From Amoebidium appalachense (Eukaryota; Protista; Ichthyosporea): DNA of 64,000 nt. The DNA is taken from positions 7,698,830 through 7,762,829 of the forward strand of contig CAVNZM010000008.1 of assembly GCA_963693365.1 (NCBI GenBank), in the 5' to 3' direction. Both the position numbers and the translations under genes were made by a program. Below the pieces are notes generated by a model. It saw nothing but the letters and a program-made list of their open reading frames with translations, did not search any database and had not been told where the DNA came from. Of the stretch, positions 1 to 12,821 are shown in pieces (within the stretch, counting starts at the first letter, position 1; each line of letters starts with the position of its first letter).

Positions 1-97
1 ATCCAAGCACTCGCCACGGGATTGACGGGACTCACAGGCAGAAATTGCCAAGGCTTCCTTTTCAGAAGTGCACAAACTTCCATCGCATTTTTGGGAA

Positions 98-462
98 TCA
101 CATCTTCAAGGGGGGAGGGGGGGGGGGCCCGGGGGGGGGGGGGGGGGAGAGGGGGGGGGGGGGGGGGGGGGGAGCAGGAGGGTAACGGGAGGGGGGTGGG
201 GGGAGGGGGGGATGGAGAGGGAGGGGAGGACTTATGGAAAGTGAAAAAAAAAAGGACAGAAGCTGTTTAGACTTTAAAGGTGTCACACATATGGGGTAGC
301 ATCTTCACAGAGGGGAAAAGGGGGGGGGGGGGGGGGGGGGGTAGGAGCAGGAGGGGAACGGGAGGGCGGCGTGGGGGAGGGGGGGGATGGAGAGGAGGGG
401 AGGACTTATGGAAAGTGAAAAAAAAAAGGACAGAATTTGTTTAGACTTTGGTGTCACACATA
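98..462. repeat. Imperfect tandem duplication, about 2 x 180-190 bp
   Basis: catcttca...polyG...ggagcaggag...gacttatggaaagtgaaaaaaaaaaggacagaa...gtttagacttt...ggtgtcacacata occurs twice (about 98-292 and 300-462). Confidence 0.85.
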
Positions 463-496
463 CTTATCATATTATCCACCAGGACCAACATATGGT

Positions 497-1310
497 GTCG
501 GACATCGTAGATTGACCCATCCGGAAAAATAGATCTTATAGATTTCGCGATCCAATAACTTCCCCTCAGTTTATCCAATTCGGGTAAAAGACACATTTTT
601 CGATGCGTCCCATCAAGGGCCACAAACTGACGTCTCGTAACGTGAAAAAAATTAAAAACTGCAATTTTTTTTCTCATTGAGAAATTTTCGGACCATTTAG
701 GGGGCTTGTGACGTCATCGATTTTTGCAAGCGTGTTTCTCGAATATCCACATATAAACTTTAGACGAGTCTTAGTGCAATCGACATATCTCGACGAGAGC
801 TGTCGTGTGATATTCTTGGAGTTGGGAAGAAAAAAAAAATGAAAAAAATATATATATATATTCAGTCACGGCCAGGATCGAACTGCAGTACAAGAATCCG
901 GGCCGTGCCGTATACAGCCCTGAAGGGTTGGGTCTCATAAAAAACCTTAAGACTGCTTTTTCCACGTCGTCTTTCTTCTGATACACATGTCTATTGTCAC
1001 ACATTGTAATGTGCAGCATGTGCAGCACGGTCTGAAAATGAAAACTTTTCAAATTTTCGCGGAACTACCATGTATGGCAGTTAGAAACCGTGTGTTACTA
1101 TTTTTAGCAACAGTGACGCAATAATGACGTCATTTCCGGGCTTTTAGGGGGCTTGTGACGTCTTCACTTCTTTATAACAAAGATGTCGCCAAACTGAAAA
1201 CTTGTAGGCCCATCCCAGCGATGCCCGTGACGAGTGCTATCCAAAACTGTACCTATCATGTCCGTAGCGCGATGGATCTATTGTAGAGGGGTCAATCTAC
1301 GATGTCCGAC
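497..1310. mobile_element. About 810-bp segment bounded by a perfect 22-bp inverted repeat (possible non-autonomous DNA transposon/MITE overlapping a promoter)
   Basis: gtcggacatcgtagattgaccc (497-518) is the exact reverse complement of gggtcaatctacgatgtccgac (1289-1310). A subterminal aatagatc is also mirrored, and ggggcttgtgacgtc is directly repeated at about 700 and 1147. No ORF and no clear TSD. Confidence 0.5.
1125..1139. promoter_or_regulatory. CRE (TGACGTCA) fused to an ETS-like TTTCCGG, upstream of the MGME1-like gene
   Basis: TGACGTCATTTCCGG, with further TGACGT sites at about 628, 709 and 1156 in a repeat-free, CpG-rich island. Confidence 0.35.
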
Positions 1311-2339
1311 CACATACGTCACCACGTCACCTCACATAGCCTACATTGCGTAGACCATGCGATTCATCATGTAGTCTTTGCTGAACCGCGGGAGTTTGAA
1401 CGGTCACACGAAAAACGGCAGGTAGCCTGACAGAGACACGGCTACACACACACAAACACGGGTATATACCTGTCACCTACTGAGGTGACTCGTATTTTTC
1501 CTTACACACACAGCGAACACTGACTCTCGGGACCGTAGAGCCGCCGCGAGAGAAAGCATGCACGCGGTCGCGAGAGTGTAAGGAAAATAGAGGCGTGAGG
1601 CGAACGGCAAGTTCAAAGCAGCCCAGGCACCGTCGGTACGTGCCAGGGTATATACCACCACGCATGCTTTCCTAGTTTCTCCCTTTCAAGTATCTTCAAC
1701 CAACCGCACGCACACGCGTGTGGTGTGCAAACCTGTGCAAGCGTACACATTAGGACACACAGACACATGGGCACCTCGATTAACCCCATTCCGACGGGAA
1801 AACAGCCAGGTTTGTGAAAACACCGAAAAGTAAGGGATTTGGGGAAGGGGAGCCGGAAGGGCCAACAAAAAATGCTGAATCACCGGGTGTCCCGGTTCCC
1901 TTTTCTCAGCCATGTTCAGTCAATGCAGGATTTGAAGGTAAGGAATTTACACAAACACACGCTTCCCCCTCCCTAACGCCTATCCCCCCGCCGCTTCTCC
2001 TCCTCCTCCTCATTCCCATGGGCTACTGGTCCACAAGCCCATGCTGCCACCAGCAACACCTGCCAACAGCAGCCCCCCTTCCCCCCCCCCCCCCGGTTCT
2101 GACCCAAATATGGGTTTTCTTTCAAATGCACACATCACCTTCTCAAGTATACCTGCCCAACTGTCACCTCTCCCCTTCTCCACGTCCTTGCCTTCCTTTT
2201 ATGTTGCCATGTTTGTATTTCTCGTACCACAACCACCGAAAAGAACCTTTCTTTACCCCCTGGCCCCCGCCCCCGTCCCCCCCCCGTCCCGCCCAAAAGC
2301 TTGTCGCCTCCCCCTCACACACACAAGCACGCGCGCGCG

Positions 2340-2370
<31 letters not shown>

Positions 2371-2847
2371 ATGCGCACGCGCACACGCGCGCGCGCACAC
2401 ACACACACACACACATTCTCACCCTCACGCACACAACCTGGGTTTTCTGCCTGATTACACCACGCATGCTGCACTGTCTCAAAGGCCCCTTCCCCCCCCA
2501 CCCCACTCCCCCTCCCCTTCCCCCCCCCCCCCCCCCCCCCAAGACACACACACACCCTCCCCTAACACCCAATGCACGCACAAACAAACACATTAACTTG
2601 CGTTTTCACACATACTCTCACACGCATGCCCATCCACCAGTGTCCATTTATTTCTACACCCTTTTCTTTGTGTTTTCAACTTGTTTGTTTGTTACTTGTA
2701 TTGTTTCTGTTTCACTCTCTCTGATGTCCTGTCATGTTTAGAGCTTCTCGCTTTCCTTGTGCATAGAGGACGTTCCAAATGCGCGCGGCGTGTGCACACC
2801 GATACTTTTCAAAATCAACCCACACACTATCCTGACCTTGAACACAA

Positions 2848-2922
<75 letters not shown>

Positions 2923-3580
2923 AACACACACACACACAAGTTTTGGGAGATAGGTTCGCCATTTTTGCTTGGCGTCCTGTGTCCATTAATTTCTTTTCGA
3001 CTTTGCCCAGGCACTCCCTCCCTGACTACAGCCTTCCCCCCCCCCCCCCCCCCCCTCCCATTCCCCCTCCCCCCACCTTTCACCCCCACCTTACCCCACC
3101 CACCCCCCTCCCCGGCCCATATCTACTCTGTTCAGAGTCCCCCCCCCCCCTCCCCCTTCCTCCCCCCCCCCCCACTCCTCTCCTCTCCCCCCCCCCCCCC
3201 CTCCCCCCTCCCCCCAAAAAAGAAGAAATAATGCTACTCTGTTTTGGTGGGGGAGGGGGGAGGGACGGGGCCATCGGCCATCCTCAACATAGTAAGTGGT
3301 TGGTGGCCTTGATTTAGCTGTCTCAAAAGCGACCCTCCTTGAATACAGCCCTACCAGCAATGGTTCTATGTCAAAGTTCATTATTTTTTCTTTTTTCTTC
3401 TCTCTTGTCCCCCCCCCCAAAAACCTCGACCCCCACCCCCTTCCTCCCCTTTTCTCTCCCCCTCCCTTGGTCGATTGGCCACATCTATGCAGCAAATAAG
3501 TTTTTTTCATCTCTCTTCGTTATTGTGTTACGTGTTCTGAACTCGTACTCCGTACCGTGTACCGACTTCTAACCCCCATA

Positions 3581-3615
<35 letters not shown>

Positions 3616-3771
3616 TTTCCCCCCGCCCTTCAAACCCACACACACACGTTTCTCGTTTTTCTATTTTCCTCCAAATAACGGTCACTCCCAACATAAGCAG
3701 CATTTAGGTTTTTTTTTAACCTCATCCTCCCCCCCCCTCCCCCCCCCCCCCCCCCCCTCCCCCTCCCTCCC

Positions 3772-3856
<85 letters not shown>

Positions 3857-3857
<1 letters not shown>

Positions 3858-4916
3858 TACTATGCCGGGTGTCTCATAGGCCCCCCCAATCGCGCCAAAT
3901 TACTACTCTGCCCAGCCCTAATCGATATCACATAGTCATTAAGGATCACTCCCACGGTGTGGGCAGGTTTTACGCAAATGAGGACGGAACGATATTTCCC
4001 AGCGTCACTACTATACTTAGTGTAGGTCGCCCCCCCCCCCCCCCCCCTCCCCCCGGAGACATCTTTACTTCCATGCAACCGGGCATGGTTGCTCTGTGTC
4101 GTGCATCTGTAAGCACACGCGTTTGTCGCTGCACTGCATTAGTTTGCACACACATCTTCACCGTTTTGCTCACCTTGCTTGCATAAGCAACCCTGCTCGT
4201 CTTTGATCAAGACGGGTTGACCCACCCAAGTTCAGTTGATGCTGCTGTCTGAGTTGGAGCGTCGTATATACGCGGGCTAAGGGGTCGAAACTCAGACGCA
4301 ATTGATGACTTGGGCCCTCCCTGAGGATGGGCTCTGCTTATGACGCATACTGTGCGCATGGCTGATGCTGCATAGTTGAATGTTTGCCTTTGCATGTGTC
4401 CTGCACCATGCTTCTCATCGTGTATGCGTACTTCGTACTGTGTTCCGCATTCAAACCCCCCCCCCTCCCCCTCTCCCCCCCTCCCCCCCTCCCCCCCCCC
4501 TATTTCTCTATACACATACACAGACACACATTCACACACGCACACATACGCCCACACACATCCACCCACACACGCATGCACACATGCAGGCGCAGGGCAC
4601 ACACACATACACGCACACACAGGCTCAACCTCTCCGCGCCGATGGTGGGTTCTGTTCAGGGTGTCTCTCGTCTGAACATTCACTTGGGTGTTTGTTTTAT
4701 GTTTGTATTTTTCAGGGCTCCTCTACGCCTTAACTTCTCGATTGCCGCCTACCCATAAGGCAGGCTTCTAGGATGGCTTCTTTAACAAATGATGCATCCA
4801 CAACTGCTTTAATTTCGTCTTTGCGTATGTTTTATCTTTGTGGTTTTTCGTTATCTTTGCTTCCGAGTTTGCCAGCCCCAGCTTCTGAGCATACGTCAAA
4901 CCCCCCCCCCCCCCCC

Positions 4917-4948
<32 letters not shown>

Positions 4949-5345
4949 GGTGCCCTACACTCGTCATATTCCTACTTTGAAGATTTCATTTATTCTTCTG
5001 TTTTGCTTCTGTTTTCTCAGAGTTTTAAATTTTGATGCTTTGGTTCTGTTTGTTATATTTATTATTATTTCTAATTTTATTTGTGTTGATTTTTTTTGAC
5101 CCAGAAGAGTTCCTCGTGCATTTCACATAAGGCTAATCCTCGATGACACGAAGTGTCGGATGATATTTGGGATTGTACACACATGCATGCACACACACTC
5201 ACACATGCACACACGCACTAACAACATGAACATACATGCACGTGGATATAGACACACACACACACACACATGTACACACACGTGCACATGCACGCGCTCT
5301 CACACGCAGATATGTGCGCGCGCACACACGTACACGCACACACAA

Positions 5346-5439
<94 letters not shown>

Positions 5440-5718
5440 GCGCGCGCACACGCGCACGCACGCACTCGCACACACAGCTCACGCAACCCTACTACCTAGC
5501 CTGGGCTTTGGGGTTCTGGTCACAACACCAAATTCAACTATACGGGGAGCTGCAGCATGAAATCAACATGTACGAAAGGAAAATGCTAGGTATCCCCCCC
5601 CCCCCTCCTCCTCCTCCCCCTCTCTGCCCGCTCTTGTACTTCCTGTTTCTTGCTCTCATCCCCTCCCTTTCCTCCCTCCTCCCCCCCCCCCCCCCCTCTC
5701 TCTCTTTACCCCCCTCCG

Positions 5719-5797
<79 letters not shown>

Positions 5798-8374
5798 ACT
5801 CTCTTCCTTCCTGCCTCCCCCCCCCCCCCCCCCCCCCCAACTCTCCCTGCCCCCTTCCCACCGCCTTACTCCGTCCCCTCGGCCCCTGACCCTTGCCTCC
5901 CATCACTGCACACCGCCTGCAAACACACACAAACGTGTGCACACTCACAAACACACCCACATACACATGCACCTACAACACGTACACCCCAGGGAGTAGA
6001 GTACACGGGGCAGTCGAGTCATACCTCCTCGGGGGTCGGAAAAACGGATCACTTTTAAGGTGTGTAGGGGGAGGTCCCACGCGGAGAGAAGAGCTGAAAT
6101 ACTGCATGAGTGTGAAACATGCAGTGGGAAAAGTTGAGAAGGTGGGTCTACCTCTGCTATGTTCCCTCTCTCTCTGCTTCCCTTTCTCTGGGACTTCGTC
6201 TCCGACCTCTCTCTCTCTCTGTCTCTCTCTCAGTCTCTTTCTTTCTCTCTCTCTCACCCTCTTTTTTCTTCCTCCTCTCTCGCTCTGTGGGTGTGTGCCT
6301 GCTTGTCATCATATCCGTGTCGTTCTCTCTCTTGCTTCCTCTACCTCATCCTTTCTTTCTGTCCGCTGTGTCTCCCTTGCTCCCGCAACCCCCTTTCCCC
6401 CTCGTACCTTTTCTCCCTATATGGGCATCATACATGTGGGTGGGTGGGTGGGTGGGTGGGTGTGGGTGTGTGTGTGTGTGTGTGTGTGTGTCCTCCCCCT
6501 CTCCTTCTCCCTTTGCCTACTCCCTTCCGCACACTCTCTTTTCTACTTTGTATTTTTTAAGCAGTTGGGAGTTTTGTTTCAGCCTGACTTACACCCCACT
6601 TGTTTCCTTGAGGTTCCTATTAGTTTATGTTCGCACACGGGTGTGGTATGTGTTTTATTATTTCTCCTCCTTAAACGTGTAGTATGTGTTTTATTATTTC
6701 TCCTCCTTAAACGTGTGGTATGTGTTTTATTATTTCTCCTCCTTAAACGTGTGTATGTGTTTTATTATTTCTCCTCCTTAAACGTGTGTATGTGTTTTAT
6801 TATTTCTCCTCCTTAAACGTGTGGTATGTGTTTTATTATTTCCCCCCCTTAAACGCGTGTATGTGTTTTATTATTTCCCCTCCTTAAACGTGTGTATGTG
6901 TTTTATTATTTCTCCTCCTTAAACGTGTGGTATGTGTTTTATTATTTCTCCTCCTTAAACGTGTGGTATGTGTTTTATTATTTCTCCTCCTTAAACGTGT
7001 GGTATGTGTTTTATTATTTCTCCTCCTTAAACGTGTGGTATGTGTTTTATTATTTCTCCTCCTTAAACGTGTGGTATGTGTTTTATTATTTCTCCTCCTT
7101 AAACGTGTGGTATGTGTTTTATTATTTCTCCTCCTTAAACGTGTGTATGTGTTTTATTATTTCTCCTCCTTAAACGTGTGGTATGTGTTTTATTATTTCT
7201 CCTCCTTAAACGTGTGGTATGTGTTTTATTATTTCTCCTCCTTAAACGTGTGGTATGTGTTTTATTATTTCTCCTCCTTAAACGTGTGTATGTGTTTTAT
7301 TATTTCTCCTCCTTAAACGTGTGGTATGTGTTTTATTATTTCTCCTCCTTAAACGTGTGGTATGTGTTTTATTATTTCTCCTCCTTAAACGTGTGGTATG
7401 TGTTTTATTATTTCTCCTCCTTAAACGTGTGGTATGTGTTTTATTATTTCTCCTCCTTAAACGTGTGTATGTGTTTTATTATTTCTCCTCCTTAAACGTG
7501 TGGTATGTGTTTTATTATTTCTCCTCCTTAAACGTGTGTATGTGTTTTATTATTTCTCCTCCTTAAACAACCCTCCCCACCTTTGCCCAAGTGATAGACA
7601 TGAGACTGGGAAGGGTGTGTGGGGGGATGGGGCAGGATGGGGTGATGTTTTTTTTTTGTTTTTTTTTTTTTGTTTTTTTTTGGGGGGGGGGGGGGGGGGG
7701 GGGGGGGGTTGGATGGGGGTGAAGAGGAGGGGGGTGGGGGGAGGCGCCGGAAAGCCAGGAGGGGGGGAAGGGGGGGGGGGGGGGGGGGGGGTGATTTGGT
7801 GTTCGGAGAGAACGATAGCAAGAGGGCAAGCACACGTAACGTGAACAACATAAACATGTGCATGCACACGCCCATACCCACCCACATATACACACACAAT
7901 GGCTCACACGCATACATTCAAAGACGCTCGCACATAGAAAGAGGTGACACGGCAAGAGGAAAGAGAGAGAACGGGGACCTTTTCATCGTTTATCATGTTG
8001 GTATCTCTATCACAAGAAAACTCGGACACCCCTTGTGTCCTTTCCTCAGCAAAACACATACAGCACCTGCTAAATCATTTCAAATTAGAATGAAATTAAA
8101 TTAGTTAATCAAATGAATTTATCAAATTAAATTTGATATTAAATAAAACTAAACTAAATCAGAATTCTAACATTCTTCTTCCACCAATCAGATCTACGCG
8201 TTAGAAACATACTGCCGCCACCCCCTCCTGGGCTATGCCGGGACGGTGGACTGTGTTGGTGTGTGGGATGGTGTTCCCTGTGTGATCGACTGGAAGACGG
8301 CAAAAAAGTCGACGAGTCACACCAAGTTGACACAGGAGGTAAATTGTTCCTCTTAATGTCACTTTTGCTCTTTC

Positions 8375-8436
<62 letters not shown>

Positions 8437-8500
8437 CCCCACACACCCATCCTCCTGTATTTCCTTTTCGTTTGTACATACCGCCCTTTCCCTCCCTCCC

Positions 8501-8542
<42 letters not shown>

Positions 8543-8807
8543 AAAACCGGTCGGTGATCATCTCTGTTCAATAACTCTTGGCTTCACATGCGTTCTGGTG
8601 TCTTGCTAAGTGATGTGTTTTTGGCATGTTCGTTTCTTGCTTTGCTTGCTGTTTCCCTTTGTTGCTTGCTGTTTTCTTAACCACACACTCACATGCACAC
8701 ACACACACACACAAGTCCACACACACACACAAGTTATACACACACGCATACACACCCACACCCACACACACACCCACACACACGTACACACAATTACCCA
8801 CGTATAC

Positions 8808-8892
<85 letters not shown>

Positions 8893-9598
8893 GTACCCAC
8901 ATACACGCACACACACGTAAACACACACGCACGTACACGTACACGTACACGTACACACACACACGTACAGGAGGTGAACGAAGACTACCGGCTCCAGCTA
9001 GCAGCATACACCATGGCGCTCCAATCAGATCCCTCCTATTCCCTCCACCACCCCCTCCACGCCCTTCTCGTATTGGCCTATCCTGACGGTAAACCGGCAT
9101 CGTGCGTTCTTTTTACGCCCGAGGATCTGAGCAAGTCCCCCCCCCCCCCCCCCCCCCTTCCCCCCCTCCTCCTCCCCCCGGCCCCCTTACACGGGTTTTC
9201 CAACCATTCCCCTCATCTCCCCTCCCCCCCCCCCCCCCCCCCCCAACACACACACACACACACACACACACCCCCCCCCCCAAAAAAAAAAAAAAAACGT
9301 GAGCGCGTCACACCCCCCCCTCCCAACACTGCCAACAAACACACCCTCACACACATGCATACACGCTTGCTGCGTATGTCTGCGCCCCCGCCTTCCGCAC
9401 GCAGTACACAGTCACCTTCACATTCATTCACTTACTAACTCGCACGAGCACATACACACAAACATGCACGCACACGCACACACACACACACACACACATA
9501 CACACACACAGAGCCATACATGGAGATGTTTACATTTCGACTCCGGCAGTTTGACCAGAGAAGGAGAACGGCAAAGCTTCCAAGAACGGTGGAAGAAG
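3857..9598 (+). CDS. MGME1: MGME1/Ddk1-like PD-(D/E)XK mitochondrial genome maintenance exonuclease, multi-exon (5' and 3' ends uncertain)
   Basis: Phase-consistent exons: about 3857-4021 (..GRFYANEDGTIFPSVTTILS), 5478-5589 (LTQPYYLAWALGFWSQHQIQLYGELQHEINMYERKML), 5993-6141 (GSRVHGAVESYL..), 8192-8338 (IYALETYCRHPLLGYAGTVDCVGVWDGVPCVIDWKTAKK..), 8971-9130 (EVNEDYRLQLAAYTMALQSDPSY..LLVLAYPDGKPA..), 9512-9598/9600 (KPYMEMFTFRLRQF..). Motifs PSVT, G..H...E, E...H..L.YAG..DC, IDWKT and Q.AAY occur in MGME1 family order. An upstream donor (gtaagg, about 1938) suggests more 5' exons. Confidence 0.85.
4204..4378 (+). ncRNA. Dispersed intronic element, possibly structured, copy A (hammerhead-like or SINE-like, unclassified)
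   Basis: Aligns by eye over about 175 nt with 62484-62660. Invariant blocks AAGGGGTCGAAACTC (4279-4293) and TGAGGATGGGCTCTG (4322-4336). Lies in intron 4022-5477. Confidence 0.55.
6641..7568. repeat. Intronic minisatellite, 35-36-bp unit, about 26 copies
   Basis: Unit gtgtggtatgtgttttattatttctcctccttaaac (a 35-bp variant lacks one g), head-to-tail with no spacers, inside intron 6142-8191. Confidence 0.95.
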
Positions 9599-9607
9599 GT
9601 GTGAGTA

Positions 9608-9748
<141 letters not shown>

Positions 9749-9780
9749 TCTCTCTCCCGCCCCCCTCCCCCCCCCCCCCC

Positions 9781-9828
<48 letters not shown>

Positions 9829-9859
9829 CTCCCCCCCCCCCCCCCCCCCCCCCCCCCAA

Positions 9860-9897
<38 letters not shown>

Positions 9898-10016
9898 TCT
9901 CTCCCCCCCCTCCCCCCCCCCCCCCCCCCCGCTCTGCCCATCTCTCTCTCTCTCTCTCTCTCCTTGTCCCCCCCCCCCCCTCCCCTCCCCCCTCCATCTC
10001 TTGTCTCTCCCCCCCC

Positions 10017-10047
<31 letters not shown>

Positions 10048-10450
10048 ACACAGACACACAGACACACAATACTGTGCACTTTGGCGCCTCGGACAAATAC
10101 ACAAAATAAACATACACCAGACCCACATACAAATGCACATATACAGACACACCCTCCCCCCCCCCCCCCCCCCCCCCCCCCCTGCCCGCCCGCCCAGCCT
10201 TTACCCTTCTCCAACCTCTTCTGGTTTACAGTGCACGAAGTCTCGTGTTTTTGTCTTTGGTCGATATTTAATTGCTTCCGCAGTAACCCCCCCCCCCCCC
10301 CCCCCCTCCTGTCTCAAACCCCCCCCCCCCCCCCCTCGCTACATGCCAATGTCGCTCTTTCTCCCATCTCCTCTCCCTTTCGCTTCCTCCCCCCTCCTCC
10401 TCCCCCTCCTCCTCCCGAGCACATGCACACGTACACACACGAGTGTGCAG

Positions 10451-10544
10451 GCCTACATTAAACTGCAGTCGATTATTTTACGGATGGCCGAAGCAAGCAC
10501 CCGTGCATTAGTCACCTGGCCGTTCTAAGGTGTGTTTGCGCGCG

Positions 10545-10584
<40 letters not shown>

Positions 10585-10747
10585 ACTGCTAGCACACACT
10601 TACATCCACACACGCACACATGCCGGACCTCTCTACCTCTCACTCACTCAAATTCTCTCTCCCTCCTCCCTCCCCCCCCCCTCCCCCCCCCCCCCCCAAC
10701 CCCACCCAGCCCTTCCAAACACACGTGTGCGTGCGCGCGCGCGCACG

Positions 10748-10822
<75 letters not shown>

Positions 10823-11043
10823 ACAGCCCTAGCCTCTGGTGGTTTCCCGGAGGAGTCATCCCCCTTCAACTCGCCCGACCCCTCCATCCGCCACCAGGCC
10901 CTCTCGCAAGTCAAACAGAAAAAGCAGAATTCAATTTCCGGTATTTCCTACGACCCATACATGCAACAACGCACAATCACGGCTGCTTCCCCTTATGCAA
11001 TTCCGCCCAAATAGCGGCCGACAGGAGGAGGTCGTCTTAAAAT
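10451..11043 (+). CDS. Candidate terminal exon(s) of the MGME1-like gene
   Basis: Unique islands follow acceptors at 10450 (gtgtgcag) and about 10827 (cacgtacag). Several frames are phase-compatible (AYIKLQSII..WPF*, ALASGGFPEESSPF..PPK*), so the frame is not resolvable. Confidence 0.35.
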
Positions 11044-11217
11044 CTTAAAAAGGTCCTTTTATATTTACTTACGGGTTGGGTCGAATACTGTCTGTTTTCT
11101 TGCCGTTTATCCAGAGCTGGTAATGACCGTGTGTGGTTAATGACGTTAAAGGTAGATTTTGGGCAAGACCATCGTGCTTGTTTTTTTTTTTTTTTTTTTT
11201 TTTTTTTTTGGTGTGTG

Positions 11218-11285
<68 letters not shown>

Positions 11286-12014
11286 GGGGGGGAGGGGGGG
11301 GGGGGGGGGGGAATGAAGTATGCATGAAGGACGGGCACTTATAGATTTTTTTGGTTGTTATCACTAACTACTTGATGATATACGCACGCCTGCTCGCGCA
11401 AGCACGCCAAGGGATTCAGAGAGAAACATCGAGGCTCAGCATCTTTCTTTTGGTTTTCTCTTCAATATTTATTCTGTGAATTGGGTGTCACGAATTCCTA
11501 TTTAAAGGCGTAAGTTATGATGCTCTTTTTATTCCCGATTCCTGCCTGGAGGGATTTGGCCATATGTGGCCAAAGCTCAGGTCTTATAATTGGTTTTTTA
11601 TCATTTTCCCCAATATTTTTTTTTCTTTTTTTTTTTTTTTTTTTTACCCGGTCAATTATTGCACATATATTACGATCAAAACTTTGTCTTCTTAACTATT
11701 CGTTGGCTTTTCTTCTCTCATGGCTCCACTTTCTCTTTTTTTGCTTTCATCAATTGCACAAGCAACCCGAGAAAAAGAAAATAACCTACTTATCTCCGTT
11801 TCTCCGTTTTTTTCTTTGTTTTACTTTTGTACATAGGGAAATGTTTCTGTTCCCAAACGGTACGAGTTTTATAAACGCTCGCGCGAATGTAGTCATCGGT
11901 GAAGTGTTGAAACGCTGGGATGTGGAAGGTCTGCATGAAAACTGAGAAGAACAAAAAAAAATCAGTAAATTGAATCGTGAATGGATTCCTGTGGTATGCA
12001 CGTGACCCCCCCCC

Positions 12015-12059
<45 letters not shown>

Positions 12060-12139
12060 CCCCCCCCCCCCCCCCCCCAACCCTTCCACACCACTGCCCG
12101 CCTTTCCCCTCCATTTCTATCCATGCCTCTTCCCCCTCT

Positions 12140-12187
<48 letters not shown>

Positions 12188-12495
12188 ACCCACCCACCAC
12201 CACCACCAACACCACACACACACACGCACATCCCGACACAGGTTCACAGGACGAATGGCCTAGGTATAGGAAGATTGCATTATAACAAATTAACATCACG
12301 AACGACCAAACATTGTTCATCACAATAAAAATACAAAGTTCAAAAACCATAGCCGAGTGTGATCCGGGACCCGCCTTGCTAGCGAAGCGGTTGCTTGGTT
12401 GCTTGGGGATTGAATCGTTCCAAGTCCTACGTCATCAGATCGTGTTCTTCCAATCAGGTGAGAGGGGACTTCCGTCCCGTGAGAGCCACCCCCCA

Positions 12496-12533
<38 letters not shown>

Positions 12534-12567
12534 ATACGGTATTCACGTGTGTGTGCGCGCGTGTGTC

Positions 12568-12607
<40 letters not shown>

Positions 12608-12778
12608 CGTGCGCGGCTGTGTGCGCTTAGCTTATGGTGCAGTACATGGATGTGTGGCCTGTGTGCTTGCCATGTTGTGCAGCGTGTGTGCCGCCAGTGG
12701 CCGCACACTGCAGATGCACCTCCGTGGCTAAATGTTGATTGTGTGCTGAATAGTCTCCCTGCACGACCCCCCTCCCCC

Positions 12779-12821
<43 letters not shown>

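Noticed and set aside
1-100. Possible first exon of a - strand gene (MEVCALLKRKPWQFLP|gtgagt)
   Set aside because: Too short, at the window edge, with no recognisable motif.
4246-4293. tRNA gene
   Set aside because: A/B-box-like strings are present, but the spacing is short and no cloverleaf or acceptor stem can be built.
4302-4366. C/D-box snoRNA (UGAUGA..CUGA..CUGA) in copy A
   Set aside because: The C box is not conserved in copies B and C, and the putative guide segments are the variable parts; kept only as a minor alternative.
6641-7568. CRISPR array (36-bp repeats)
   Set aside because: Units are head-to-tail with no unique spacers, there are no cas genes, and it lies in a spliceosomal intron.
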